From Acanthopagrus schlegelii (Eukaryota), in contig CM085480.1 of assembly GCA_041753875.1 (NCBI GenBank), positions 5,735,958 to 5,799,957 of the forward strand: a stretch of 64,000 nt of DNA, written 5' to 3'. Shown here piece by piece: positions 40,315 to 49,139 of this stretch (position 1 is the stretch's first letter; the number at the start of each line of letters is the position of its first letter). The translations under genes and the position numbers were made by a program. The notes under the pieces are model-generated. The model had not been told where the DNA came from and searched no databases. It saw only the letters and a program-made list of their open reading frames with translations.

Positions 40315-43300
40315 TTCTTGGTGCTCCTCCTCCTCCTCCTCCCACTTCTTCCTCTGCATTCTCAATTGGTCCTCCTCCTCCTCCTCCTCTTCATCCTCCT
40401 GGTCTTCCTGCTTTCATTCTTTCTCAGAGAGTCGGATTTGGTGCTACGCCTCGTCCTGTTTGTGGATTTTCTGCACCTTCAGATGGGCTTTTATTTGGCA
40501 GCGCTCTAACTCCAGTCAGTCACTCAGTGGAGCAACAAACCCAGCAAATGTCTTGGCAGCCACAGTTAGAAGTTGATCGTCGAGTCGTTTCATCTACCCA
40601 GGAATACAGACACAAGGGAAAAAAAATGAGGCATGCAGATACTAAGGGTTATCAAAAGTACGCTGAAGAGTTACATGTCACAGAAGGAGGATCAGTACGG
40701 TCTTCCCTAGCCTCAATCTTAGGCCCAGTTGGGTCCACAGCTGTCTCCAGCTTACTCCACAGACATAAAGAGCTGAGTCGGCCACAGCGGTTTCTTCGGA
40801 TGACTAACTGTGGTGTCAGGGACTCTGACGTCATAGAGGGATCTCCTGAGAGATCAGAAGCCCCTTCCCCCAAAACACATAACATGCTGGGTGATACTGA
40901 AATTCAGAAGGATTTGATTCGATTCGATTCAATTCCAATGGGTGGAAGTGAACCTGCTGTTGATGAAGGTGAATATATGTTCATGGTGCAACGATTTAAA
41001 CAAAAAGCAAAGACCATTCCAGTGAGAAGCCGTGCTCAGACGTCCCCTTCAATGTTACAACAACCTTCTGAGTGAGTACATTTTTATATATATTCAGTTA
41101 GAAAACCCAGATTATTGCTTTTATTACTAAGTCATGTGTATGTTATTAGTTATTTGTGTATGTGCATGTTTACATGTCGAAGAAAGAGAAAGCATCAGTG
41201 TGTTTTTTGGATTAACAGCATGTGCCTGTGTTTTTTTTGTTTGTTTTTTTATGAACGGTTTTGTCAATATTCACCACATGTTTCTGCTCTGATCTCATTT
41301 CAGGTCAGCGGATCCTGAAGTACCGAAGCTCAGATGGACCAAGATCTTCCAGATGCAGCAATCAGTGAGATTTGATTTTATTGGGTCTTCATTAATGTTG
41401 CCACTGAACAGATGAAAGTAAACATAGCTGAAACTAAAAACATAAACCAGGGCTTTATCCTTTTTCCTGTTGAAACAATCCTAGTGCTCTGATATTGTGC
41501 ATGCTGGTGTGCTGGTTTGCCAAGATCAAACTTCTTCCTTCTGACAAGTTAGAATGCTTGCTATGGGGAAAGTTGAACAATTCTGATCCTTTGATTCTTT
41601 TTTTTGTAATTTGAATCATATTTTATTTTTCTCGAAGATCACTAGCTGTCAGAGAGGCTGCATCACACTTTGTTAAAACACTGATGCCATTTCTTAAAGG
41701 CAGTTTCTCTGAGCAGAGCCACTTTGGTTTGCTGGTTTCAGAGTTCATTTTTGTCTACTTTCAATTTATTTTACGGATGCTTTTATCCAAAACAACTTCC
41801 AGCACTGTTTCTTGTTTGTTGTTTTAAGGAAACTACATGCTGAGAGTTCTTGGGGAATTAGGGACAAGTTCTTACCACTTTGTATGGGAAATGATCACGT
41901 GTCTGTGATTTGCAGGAGGGCTACTGGGAGTTAACCACAGAGCTGGGAGAATGCATCAATGTCGATGTATATTGCTTTGCCAACGTGTTCCTGAAAAGCA
42001 GGGGCATCCAATCTCTAGGTGAGAACTCTCGAGACCTGTTTCAGGCCGTCACAGTGGCAATAGCTTTGTCATTACACATCATTTTGAACTATTCCTAACA
42101 TCTCACTGGTACCTTAAGATAGACAGAAACATACACATCATCCCCTCAATAAATATTTGATAAACAGTATTTGAATTGTGTGAATTAACAGAGATCAGGT
42201 TGCTCTGAAAACAGTGACTGTCTGGGAGTTTCAAGTGCATCATATTGAACCTTCAGGTGTAAATGTTTTGTCTCTATTCATGAAGAGTTTCATGTTTTAC
42301 ATCATTAAAGCAGCAACAAGGAAGTTCTTTTTTTTTATCGATTCTGGCGGCCCCTGTGGACAAAGTGAAACAAAGTTAACTAAGTCAATTGTTACCAGTT
42401 AAAAATTCTGGTTGAAACTGGTTGAAAAAATTAACAAACCTGTTTCCCTGTCGAAACTCTAAAGATATAGTCATTCAAACCACAAGGCTGTGTTTTTTTT
42501 AGTAATTAATTAAAACATGCTGGAAAGTTTCATATTGAATGTAAAATCATTATTCAAAGAAGGAAGTTGTTACAAGACAACACAGATGACTGGCGGCACT
42601 TCAAAACTGCCACACAAGCTCCCGTGCAATGGCTCTGCATTATTGTCAGCATTGTCAGCCAGAAAGGAGGTGAAGGTCATCGTCATTTTTCTCAAATCAC
42701 AAACAACATTTTCAGTTTTTATTTGATTTGTTCAAGTTTGGAGACCTCAGTGGGATGAAAAAACGACGGTCGTGTCGGCTGTCTAACACTTGGTCCAGAC
42801 TGAAATCTCCACAGCTGAAGAGCTGGATATGGATTGCCCTTACATGTTGTAAAGACACTGACGGTCCCCAGAGGTTGATTCCTACTGAATGTAGTGATTT
42901 TCCTCTATCATCACAGCATTAGTGGTTGCTGAAATATCTTTTCAAACTCTGGATGGATGGACACAAACATTCACATTGCCATCAGGATCGATGGTGCAAA
43001 CTTCAATCCGCTTCATGTTGTGCATGTGTGTGACGTAGGCGCGAAGGCCCATGCGGACATCCTGAGGCTGGTGGCTACTCTTCTGGTGCTGCAGCTGATG
43101 AGGGTGGAGAAGCTGGAGGAAGGCAAACTGCTCCGCACCCTCTTCTGCCTGGACGACTCCTCTCAGCCCAGGTCTGTCTAACACTGGGACAAAACACAGT
43201 GAACACGGTGCGCTAACTTTGGGGGGTATTATTGGAAACACGCCATTTAGTTAACATTTGAGGACAAATGCTCAGCAATACTCACATGCCGTTCAATGAG

Positions 43301-43781
43301 ATCTCACGTGTGGCGTTTAAAAAATAAAAATAAAAATGGGATGACTCAAGACAGAAACATGAAGGCCTTGTATTGTCCGAAGAGGAAATAACCAGCATTG
43401 GAAGTACTAGCACTTTATTTATCCATGTCCTTAAAATGCCTTGTGTCTTTTATAAAACTTCTTAAAATCAGAATAAAGCTTTCATTTATGTAATTCTCTC
43501 TGCTCTGGATGATTTTGTAAACCCTGCGGTCTCTCGGTGGCTACCTCTTGTAACGACTGACTCTTTGTTTCAGGCCTGAGCGGTGGGAGGAGGTGAAGAG
43601 AGCAGTGGACTGGGTCTGCTGGGCTGACCGGCAGTACCCATGTGTCTACAGCCGGCTGGAGTTCGGTCTGAGCTGGGAGTCCTCCACACGTCAGCTGCTG
43701 GGCTATGAAGGACTCCCTCCTTCCTCACCTCTGTGTGGGCTGAACCTGCGGAGAACCCCTGCCCCATTACTGGTCCACTGA
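20165..43781 (+). CDS. parp4: PARP4 / vault PARP gene, genomic span of the coding region (34 coding exons, about 1876 aa predicted)
   Basis: The spliced translation is collinear with human PARP4 along its whole length. Examples: BRCT 'MAVFENCSILLELKNVPFKQKRRL...'; catalytic 'LGKYRALRC', 'GLLLPRVG', 'GSGIYF', 'DDEYVVYSPDQVKLKYVVQFS'; VIT 'VVIFQKYTNTSSVPIEAKYVFPLDDSAAVCGFEAFINGKHVVGQ'; 'TDCKAVVSV...LPRMWVEKHP'; vWA 'VVLLLDTSESM'; 'SVSVKWQQFNP', 'TMVSTTELQKT', 'DVDFLPYISW'; C-terminus 'GYWELTTELG...SRGIQSLG'. Every junction is GT-AG with matching phase. Confidence 0.85.
20507..20744 (+). CDS. parp4: PARP4 exon 2 (BRCT)
   Basis: Acceptor cccacag|tgc. Translation CSLIVTNDVSNLSTNRLRSIQKYQTPVVGVDYVYRCVERGDLLPVDGYRLDV..., donor caag|gtatta, phase 1 out. 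Confidence 0.8.
22215..22329 (+). CDS. parp4: PARP4 exon 3 (linker)
   Basis: Acceptor ctgtag|ggtcgg, donor ttcag|gtgtga. The phase (1 in, 2 out) is the only one that links exons 2 and 4. Translation SEVPTSKAAAEPSKIPINPATQGAGTPHSSKNVLGKF. Confidence 0.6.
23358..23436 (+). CDS. parp4: PARP4 exon 4
   Basis: Translation IYTETDSDLPPYPDNFQVAKFSIFEK matches human '...DFEVAKYNTLEK'. Acceptor ttcgcag|g, donor gaaaag|gtaaag. Confidence 0.75.
23529..23633 (+). CDS. parp4: PARP4 exon 5
   Basis: Translation IKSNTWCVLELQSLRRENGSQYRVVRYWKEDILSK, donor ccaag|gtatga, phase 0/0. Confidence 0.7.
24336..24497 (+). CDS. parp4: PARP4 exon 6
   Basis: Translation QKMEVRDMLVFLSTSEDAVEVYKELRDTLQASGLQLRSS... The acceptor is at 24335 or 24338; both are in frame. 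Donor cagcag|gtccga. Confidence 0.7.
25133..25270 (+). CDS. parp4: PARP4 exon 7
   Basis: Translation LLLEKKLNTGSVSQEVGTFVELLWTEALGCLSNILRVSVDKLSLND; human has '...VEMIWAEALGHL...ISLND'. Confidence 0.8.
25409..25573 (+). CDS. parp4: PARP4 exon 8 (acceptor preceded by a (GT)n run)
   Basis: Translation VSRVEGLLLQAQRKLKEANHAEVACLLDEVHTLLPLKTRSPPSAKLISQLLDLCQ, donor gtcag|gtaaca. Confidence 0.75.
26365..26516 (+). CDS. parp4: PARP4 exon 9 (start of catalytic domain)
   Basis: Translation LIRDVLNVSEMTLRSPVPSCLGKYRALRCSIDTV...; human has 'LIRDMVNV...LAKYRALRCKIEHV'. Confidence 0.8.
26840..26950. repeat. MITE-like repeat, copy 2 of 2
   Basis: See the copy at 14690-14830. Confidence 0.35.
27123..27356 (+). 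mobile_element. 5'-truncated copy (3' end only) of the same LINE family, in sense orientation inside PARP4 intron 9, ending in (GGAT)5
   Basis: It encodes 'ACPAARRPRGRPRTRWSDYVTQLAWERLGI...VSGVREVWVSLLRQL', almost identical to the C-terminus of the 52-55 kb element, followed by ggataagcgg...gatggatggatggatgg. Confidence 0.8.
27800..27931 (+). CDS. parp4: PARP4 exon 10 (catalytic; H-S-S motif)
   Basis: Translation KVQIQQVLRVSRGVELQTFKSDLGNIKPLLHSSSPSNFVGLLSR; human has 'IFRVGRVNE...LLHGSPVQNIVGILCR'. Confidence 0.8.
28188..28286 (+). CDS. parp4: PARP4 exon 11 (catalytic; Tyr of the H-Y-E triad)
   Basis: Translation GLLLPRVGVEHHGIDRTDAGNLGSGIYFGDAVG. Confidence 0.8.
28430..28613 (+). CDS. parp4: PARP4 exon 12 (catalytic)
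   Basis: Translation TSLKYSKACVTDGSRLLLVCDVALGHCWDIHKRDPTLTQAPEGHHSVHGVRRTPNTHSEFE. Confidence 0.8.
29036..29180 (+). CDS. parp4: PARP4 exon 13 (catalytic; Glu of the H-Y-E triad)
   Basis: Translation DDEYVVYSPDQVKLKYVVQFSIEGDQLKEFSPD... Confidence 0.8.
29821..29963 (+). CDS. parp4: PARP4 exon 14
   Basis: Translation LSSEENGVESINNPLEGVTAGLLDSSGQQIPLQAVHVKCKLMDLLSQ. The acceptor follows a GT-rich tract. Confidence 0.75.
30185..30316 (+). CDS. parp4: PARP4 exon 15 (VIT)
   Basis: Translation VVIFQKYTNTSSVPIEAKYVFPLDDSAAVCGFEAFINGKHVVGQ, near-identical to the human VIT segment. Confidence 0.85.
30654..30740 (+). CDS. parp4: PARP4 exon 16 (VIT)
   Basis: Translation VKEKETARKEYKQAIEKGHGAYLMDQDAP. 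Confidence 0.85.
31515..31679 (+). CDS. parp4: PARP4 exon 17 (VIT)
   Basis: Translation DVFTISVGNLPSGATVLIKVTFVSELIIKDGSILFSLPGSVAPWQESAALNQTTQ. Confidence 0.85.
32265..32311 (+). CDS. parp4: PARP4 exon 18 (47-nt micro-exon)
   Basis: Translation VTVEKVCVTDEAASK; human has DTVEKICIKEIGTKQ. Phase 0 in, 2 out. Confidence 0.7.
32580..32661 (+). CDS. parp4: PARP4 exon 19
   Basis: Translation EFTLDMSVEMPYEITSLECITHQIKIK. Confidence 0.75.
32935..33072 (+). CDS. parp4: PARP4 exon 20
   Basis: Translation RTDCKAVVSVLPGEVMGPDGFQLLVTLSEVHLPRMWVEKHPSNDSQ; human has KRTDCKAVIST...LPRMWVEKHPEKESE. Confidence 0.85.
33161..33350 (+). CDS. parp4: PARP4 exon 21 (vWA start)
   Basis: Translation ACMLVFYPDFDVNSSSASDEVVLLLDTSESMKGESLCTAQRIALQVLKTLDKKLRVNVILFGT. 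Confidence 0.85.
34038..34108 (+). CDS. parp4: PARP4 exon 22 (vWA)
   Basis: Translation HTDVFLTAQPLVKGRQAAESFIR. Confidence 0.7.
35075..35262 (+). CDS. parp4: PARP4 exon 23 (vWA)
   Basis: Translation CLNPVGGSTELWRPLRALSLLPPSQGVRNLLLLSDGHIQNAELTLQLLRDNVQHSRLFTCGL. Confidence 0.85.
35536..35635 (+). CDS. parp4: PARP4 exon 24 (vWA)
   Basis: Translation PTANRHMLRALAQSGGGAFEFFDTKTKHNWAEK. Confidence 0.85.
36140..36310 (+). CDS. parp4: PARP4 exon 25
   Basis: Translation VARQVKRMASPGCSSVSVKWQQFNPTAPPPIQAPKQLNALFSDSHTLVYGFVPHCTQ. Confidence 0.85.
36683..36763 (+). CDS. parp4: PARP4 exon 26
   Basis: Translation ATLLGNLSGQELKTMVSTTELQKTRGT, donor aca|gtaaga. Confidence 0.8.
36772..36850. repeat. 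(CA)n about 35 units, starting about 9 nt after the PARP4 exon 26 donor
   Basis: Directly visible in the sequence. Confidence 0.95.
36978..37058 (+). CDS. parp4: PARP4 exon 27
   Basis: Translation FVHKLTARALIRDYEDGSLAPDEAEHE. Confidence 0.85.
37161..37256 (+). CDS. parp4: PARP4 exon 28
   Basis: Translation GKKAELKSFIIKLSKEFSILSQFTSFVAIEER. Confidence 0.85.
37354..37683 (+). CDS. parp4: PARP4 exon 29 (acidic, low-complexity)
   Basis: Translation DSEQAEGFTDIPKLIAEEDVDFLPYISWITPKRHGK...ESDDEEEDDDMGFGLL...EWEDEDGEESFWECYDAVEECSMQSSPT. The 3' boundary is less certain, since the ORF reads on through the donor. Confidence 0.65.
39888..41071 (+). CDS. parp4: PARP4 exon 30 (giant 1.18-kb exon; proline-rich tandem repeats)
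   Basis: Acceptor tttctag|ggtgcc, donor ga|gtgagt. The translation contains four to five copies of TSSSAFSIGPPPPPPPP...HLLLGAPPPP. Confidence 0.7.
41304..41364 (+). CDS. parp4: PARP4 exon 31
   Basis: Translation SADPEVPKLRWTKIFQMQQS. Phase 2 in, 0 out; this is the only frame that joins exons 30 and 32. Confidence 0.6.
41916..42018 (+). CDS. parp4: PARP4 exon 32 (MVP-interacting C-terminal region)
   Basis: Translation EGYWELTTELGECINVDVYCFANVFLKSRGIQSL; human has DGFWKLTPELG...KQKGIQSLG. Confidence 0.85.
43039..43171 (+). CDS. parp4: PARP4 exon 33
   Basis: Translation AKAHADILRLVATLLVLQLMRVEKLEEGKLLRTLFCLDDSSQP; human has LIATMLVLQFIRTRLEKEGIVFKSLMKMDD. Confidence 0.8.
43574..43781 (+). CDS. 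parp4: PARP4 exon 34 (terminal; stop TGA 43779-43781)
   Basis: Translation PERWEEVKRAVDWVCWADRQYPCVYSRLEFGLSWESSTRQLLGYEGLPPSSPLCGLNLRRTPAPLLVH*; human has EWVRRTEGQYPSICPRLELGNDWDSATKQLLG. Confidence 0.85.
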
Positions 43782-44466
43782 GCAGACAGACAAAATGCAT
43801 AGCTGTATGTCTTTTTAGAGGAGGGAAGGTAAAATCTTTAAACTACAAATGTTTTCAAACACATTTGCACTCCTTTCTTTGCCTTATGTAAAGCATTTTG
43901 AACTGTCAGTGTGTTTACCTGCTCTTACATACAGTTTGCTTTCTGCAGTTAGCGGATTTCTTAAAGTTCACATGAAACGTGTAGTGCACTGCTATTGTAT
44001 TGTAAAAACAGCAGCAATGGGGGATCACGCCCCGAATAATGATTGAAGTTTATGTATTAGTTGATAGTGCCTAATGTGCATCACTGACTCTGGCCAGACA
44101 AGCAGCTCCAGGTGAACGCAGCTGACCCAGGACAGAACGTGTCCACAGATATGTCATTTCCAGGGATGTGAGAAAACTACTTTGTCTTCGTGGGAACTTC
44201 GTAAATTTCAGAAACAGTTTCCTTAATCGAGTTAAGGGGGAAAAAGATTCATTGATAATCTGTTATAAATGTTAGCTCACTTTTTAATTATCTTAATTCA
44301 TCTTCAAAGTTATCTTTCATACTCTGAGTGTTTTTAATAGCTTTATTAGCTTATCAAGGCCTTTTCTTTGTAAGGGTCTCTTTGTTGTTGTGTTTCCTTG
44401 TCTTTGTTTTGATCAACTTCATGTCATTGTAAATGAACATCTTCGCACAGTAATCTCGCAAGTATA

Positions 44467-44472
44467 AATAAA
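44467..44472 (+). other. parp4: Candidate PARP4 polyadenylation signal (AATAAA), about 690 nt after the stop codon
   Basis: It is the first canonical AATAAA downstream of the stop. No EST support is available. Confidence 0.3.
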
Positions 44473-46837
44473 GTTTGAATGAATAAATTAATGAATGTAT
44501 GCATGTCTGTGACAAAGCCTTCAGGCAGGGACACTGTAACTATGATCATGATAGGTAACAGCGCATCTTCACAAATTAGACCACAACTGAAAATGATCCA
44601 TTAGCCTCCAGAAGGCTAAAGAAGTCTGTGTTGTGTGTCATTACTACTGTTCAAGACTTTCGGTAGTATTACCAAATAAGGTCAGAGTAATGGAGGAATC
44701 GGATGATTGACCTTAGGCATGTATGTGTGTCATCAGATTACTGATTAGTCATCTCAACGCCGTTTATTGAGTGCAAATAAACCAAAAACACTCCAATTAA
44801 TGGCCAACTGCTCTGTCTCCTGAGCCATAGCTGCACCAAGATATACAAGCACCTGCAATGGTCTGTTATCACCGAATTTTATGATTTCTGTTGTGCTGCC
44901 CTGGAATGGCCTGCACACACATTCCTTCAACCATTCTAGAGAAAACCAGGATGAATACCTGGAAAATGTTGTGCGAGGCAAGTGTGCTTTGACAAGATTT
45001 AGCTCAAGGAACTGAAACAAATGGCTGTTAAAATATGAGGCTGCTACACCACTTCTCTACACCACCACTTTTTTTTACAGCTGAAGAAATGTGATAATGA
45101 GCCTTATCAGAAGTATTTGGCACTTTGACTCTTCACTTAGTCAACAGCAGCAAAATGACCACATCACAAACTCATTAGAAGTCAGTGAATCTGTAAGGAA
45201 TCTCTAAACATCATGGTTCCTCATCTTGTTTGTCTGTGGAAGAAATCTTAAAGAGGTCATATTATGGACATGTTTGGGTTCATACTTTATTTAGGGGTCC
45301 TAGTAGAATAGGTTTACGTATTTAAAAAAAAGAAGAAAAAAAACATTATTGTGTGGTGAATTTCTGCAGCATCCTTTACACAGGATATAGCCAAAATAAA
45401 AGCAGAGTTGGGCGGGTTGTGCCCCACAAGGTTTGGTGATCTAAAATATCTCCACTACAGCAGTAGCAAGTGTATGTCTGCTGACTGACTGGAGTGTATA
45501 TATTTTGTGATAAATACATACAAATATATATTTATATAACACCTGTTACACAGTACAGCACGTACGTTACAGAGGTAAAGGCTCGACTCCAAACCAGGTG
45601 TTTCAGGCAGTGCAGGAGCAGTGTTTTCTGTGCTGCATAACACAATAATGGAAAGGCAAAACCCAAAAAGCGTGATATGACCTCCTTGAAAGATACAGCT
45701 TATTGAATGATGAAATAAAAATTAAAAAAAGAAAGATGTTTTTTTCCTCGCTAACAGTTTTCCTATGGAACACTGTCTGACTGAGTGACAAATGGAGTGC
45801 TGAGGCGGTTTTCCTCTGCTTCGAGTCTTTAATAGTATTTAACTCTCACTACTGTGAAGTGAAGCCAGTCAGTCAAACCATTGCGGTAACAGCCATGAAA
45901 AAAAATGTTTAAATCTTAGATGTCATAAAATAGTTCCTAAATAAATTGTTTTTAAATGCATTCGTTCCTGTAGTAGTCTATTCTTCATAGCATATACAGT
46001 CTAAATGTCTATTTTTATTCCAGTGTCATTAGGAGGATGACTTTGTAGCAGGAACATTGGTCAGTTCCAGGCATTTATGTGCTCAGCGGTATATAGTATA
46101 GTATATTGTTGTATTTGTCGTCATCGGCTTCAGCATCATTCAGCAGGCAAATTGTTCTGGAAATTAAACATGCAAATAAAAACAGAAACAGTTGACAGGA
46201 CATTACACACAAAGTTAAGAAATAATTAAAGCGAACGTCCGCTGTGACAATTTCTAGAATGTGAGCCACTAGTTTAAAGAAAACGATATAATAGAAGGTG
46301 TACCAAATTAAAATAAAAGCAGTTTATGGTTTTTGTTTTCGAACTTTAGCTGCTATATACATGGAATAAACATGCAAATGAATTTAACTCTCTTTTAAAT
46401 GAATGTGAGGCCACTACTTTGCAAGTTAAGAAATGAATAAAAAATGTAAAGCTCAAATGCGTCACATAAAAATGGGTTCTGGAGGTTCCCCACACATTCA
46501 TTCACTCCTGTGTTGAGGTAGTTTAAAGTCAGTGATCCAACATGAAATAGTCCATTAATTCCTTTTGAAATATATATGCAATGTAATGCAACCATTTCAA
46601 GGTTTTACAAAAGTGCCAATTGAAAAGGACCACAGACTTATTTGGACATGTTCATGTGCCATCACACAGATGTGGTGGTATTAAAGGTATTGAGCTGGTG
46701 GTGGATGTTTCCTGTGCAAACTATTTTCATCACCTCTAAAAACTGATGACTTCCTGAAAACCGTGAGAGACGTTGAATCCACCATCATCATATACATGCG
46801 CTGACCGTTTAGGAGAGAGCTGGTTACCTTTTGAGCG

Positions 46838-46907
46838 ATGGAGGAGATCTATGCAAATGTTGATTACAACAAGCCTGTCGACCCAACACCTTCAACAAAT
46901 CAGACAG
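46838..46907 (+). CDS. C-type lectin receptor exon 1 (cytoplasmic tail MEEIYANVDYNKPVDPTPSTNQT)
   Basis: The ATG leads to a strong donor acag|gtaaga. The acidic-YxxV motif resembles a hemITAM/ITIM. Only the frame joining to exon 2 gives a sensible type-II receptor. Confidence 0.55.
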
Positions 46908-47001
46908 GTAAGAATGCTCACTCACACACATGGGTTGTGCATATTGATGTTGTGTATTATCCTGTGTTGTGATCATGATATCATGTCCTCTCTGTGTTCA
47001 G

Positions 47002-47103
47002 GTCCCAGGAGCTCAGAGAGGAGGCTTCATGGAGCCGTGGTTCTCTGTCTGGGGCTGCTCAGTGTTGTCCTGCTGGTTGGACTCATCAGCCTCGGTGTCA
47101 CCT
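47002..47103 (+). CDS. C-type lectin receptor exon 2 (transmembrane segment)
   Basis: Translation GPRSSERRLHGAVVLCLGLLSVVLLVGLISLGVT, a basic stop-transfer followed by about 23 hydrophobic residues. Acceptor ttcag|gt, donor acct|gtgagt. Confidence 0.65.
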
Positions 47104-47512
47104 GTGAGTCTGTTTTTCATCAGTCAGTGTCGGGTGAACTTGTGAGAGATGCTCGTGTCTTTATGAATATGATTTTACAGCCATGGTAAATATATTCCAG
47201 CAGCTAACGCAGCAAAATGAAATATTTGAACATCTGTGGATGATGAAGAGCTGAACCATGTTTGAATTCAGGTGCAGGTTGCTCAGTATTTAGATATTTG
47301 CTGGGGAAACATCAGAGCATATTATTATAAAGACTGTACATCACTGTTTGGACTTCAAATTCATTTCAGCCCTCAGGTTGATATTTCATAGACTGCATGA
47401 GCAGAATGAACATCTTCCTCTGTCAGGACAAATTAGGATGATTTTGACTCAAATATAGAACCTTTAGTCAGTATTGGTATCAATGCATGAGTGAATCTTG
47501 ATTTAATTTCAG

Positions 47513-47680
47513 ACTGGGATTTAGCTGCAGAACACTCCACTGTCAAAGCCAACCTGACGGAGCGTCTCCAGGCCAGTAATGACAAGCTGTCCTCTGTGTC
47601 TGAAGAGAGAGACCTGCTGAATGCCAACCTCACTTCAGTGTCCAAAGAGCTGGACAGACTTCAGAGTTTGTCCAAACAGA
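47513..47680 (+). CDS. C-type lectin receptor exon 3 (coiled-coil neck)
   Basis: Translation WDLAAEHSTVKANLTERLQASNDKLSSVSEERDLLNANLTSVSKELDRLQSLSKQ, a heptad-like pattern typical of CLEC4/CD209 necks. Confidence 0.65.
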
Positions 47681-48319
47681 GTGAGTGCTCGCCTGCCTGT
47701 GTGTGTTCTGCACAGCTGTCTGTTAACATGAAGGACAGGAGCTGCCACGGCCTCATTTATAGAACACCTATATACAGAGACTGTGCTGATCAGACACTTG
47801 TATCCCACTCTCACTTCTGTCAGTTACATTTATGTACCCATGACTTTATTCATTCTTTCAATTCATTCAAACAGGAATATATTTAAGTTAAGAAACAACA
47901 GCGATGATTGACAGTTAGAAACACTGGCTGGAGTGGGACTTCTCCGTCCAGTCTGCACCCTGCTTAAAGTCCCCTCAAAGGTGATAGTTAATGTTTGTTT
48001 TTGAGAAAAACAGTTGCATGGGGTTCAAAGAGGTTGGATCAACTATTCAAAACATCTTAATGATTCAACAGTGTGCAAATCTTGGTATCAATATATTTTA
48101 TTCAAAACATTATTGTCATTTAAAAATATCGTTCTGTTTTTGATGATGTTATTTTGTTCCATTCTGGTTTTAATATATTGTCCATGATATAAGAAATATT
48201 AATTAGCACATCAGTTAAAAACATTTTCATCCAAAGAACATACATTCAATCCTCAACCTCCCAAACTGAACAACATGGACCTTGTCTGATCTTTAACGTC
48301 ACTTTGATGCTTTTTCCAG

Positions 48320-48462
48320 AGAGAACTTGTCCTGCAGGATGGCAGATGTTCAGTTGCACCTGCTATCTCTTCTCCACTAAGACTGATTCTTGGGAAAATG
48401 GCAGACAAGACTGCAGAGACAGAGGAGCAGAGCTGGTGACCATTGACACTGATGAAGAACAG
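48320..48462 (+). CDS. C-type lectin receptor exon 4 (CTLD part 1)
   Basis: Translation RTCPAGWQMFSCTCYLFSTKTDSWENGRQDCRDRGAELVTIDTDEEQ, the canonical CTLD opening (CPxGW...CYxFS...W..S...C...GA.LV.I.S.EEQ). Confidence 0.8.
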
Positions 48463-48559
48463 GTAGTGAGGAGTTTTTCCTTACAGAGCCTCGATAGATT
48501 GTAAAGTCCTCTGAGACAAATTTTTGACTTGTAAATAAAATAGACTTTGCATTCCTTCT

Positions 48560-49085
48560 TACCCACCTATATACTTCATGCGCACCTCAGTTTTTGCCCC
48601 CCAAAAAGTAAAGGAACAAATTACTGAGAGACAGAGAGATCAGTTGCCAGGGTCAGCAAGTAATCACTGTGACAGGACGGCTCCCACTCTGGTGTCACCG
48701 GAACAGAGGAGAAATTCTTTTTTAGATGTACAAAGGCTTCCTCAGCTTGATGGAGGTGAGCTGAGTCAGGGAGGCTCCCAACACGGCTGTAGTCAGAGAT
48801 GAAACATCGATAGAAGCTGGCAAAATTAAGGGTACAGTGAAGTTGCTTATGGTTGTCAGGAGTTGGCCAATCAGGCATTGCCTGCACTCTGCCTGCCCTC
48901 ACTCAATGACGAAACCCAGGAAACGCAGGGATGGAGAGTGAAAGAGACATTTTTCCATTTCACGTCAAATTTGTTCTCCAGGAGCCTTTGGAAAACCAAA
49001 CGGACATGCTGAATGTGCTCCCTCTTTCTCTGGGAGAAGATGAGAATATAATATAAATAAATTAACATAAACCGGTTCAGCACAT
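48560..49085 (-). mobile_element. Ty3/Gypsy LTR-retrotransposon pol fragment (RT to RNase H junction)
   Basis: Minus-strand ORFs read 'EHIQHVRLVFQRLLENKFDVKWKNVSFT' and 'WPTPDNHKQLHCTLNFASFYRCFISDYSRV...AEEAFVHLKKNFSSVPV'. These are classic Gypsy pol motifs with a frameshift between them. Confidence 0.6.
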
Positions 49086-49139
49086 TGTGGAGAACATTGT
49101 TGTTGTTTTTTTTTTGTTGTTTTTTCTTTTAATATTTAT

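Noticed and set aside
39988-40365. 125-aa poly-Glu ORF on the minus strand (MRMQRKKWEEEEEEHQEEDEEEE...)
   Set aside because: It is the antisense reading of the (CCT)n proline-rich PARP4 exon 30, a by-product of the repeat and not a gene.
40174-40509. 111-aa poly-Leu ORF on the plus strand in an alternative frame of exon 30
   Set aside because: It is the frame-shifted reading of the same CCT repeat. The proline-rich frame is the one continuous with the flanking PARP4 exons.
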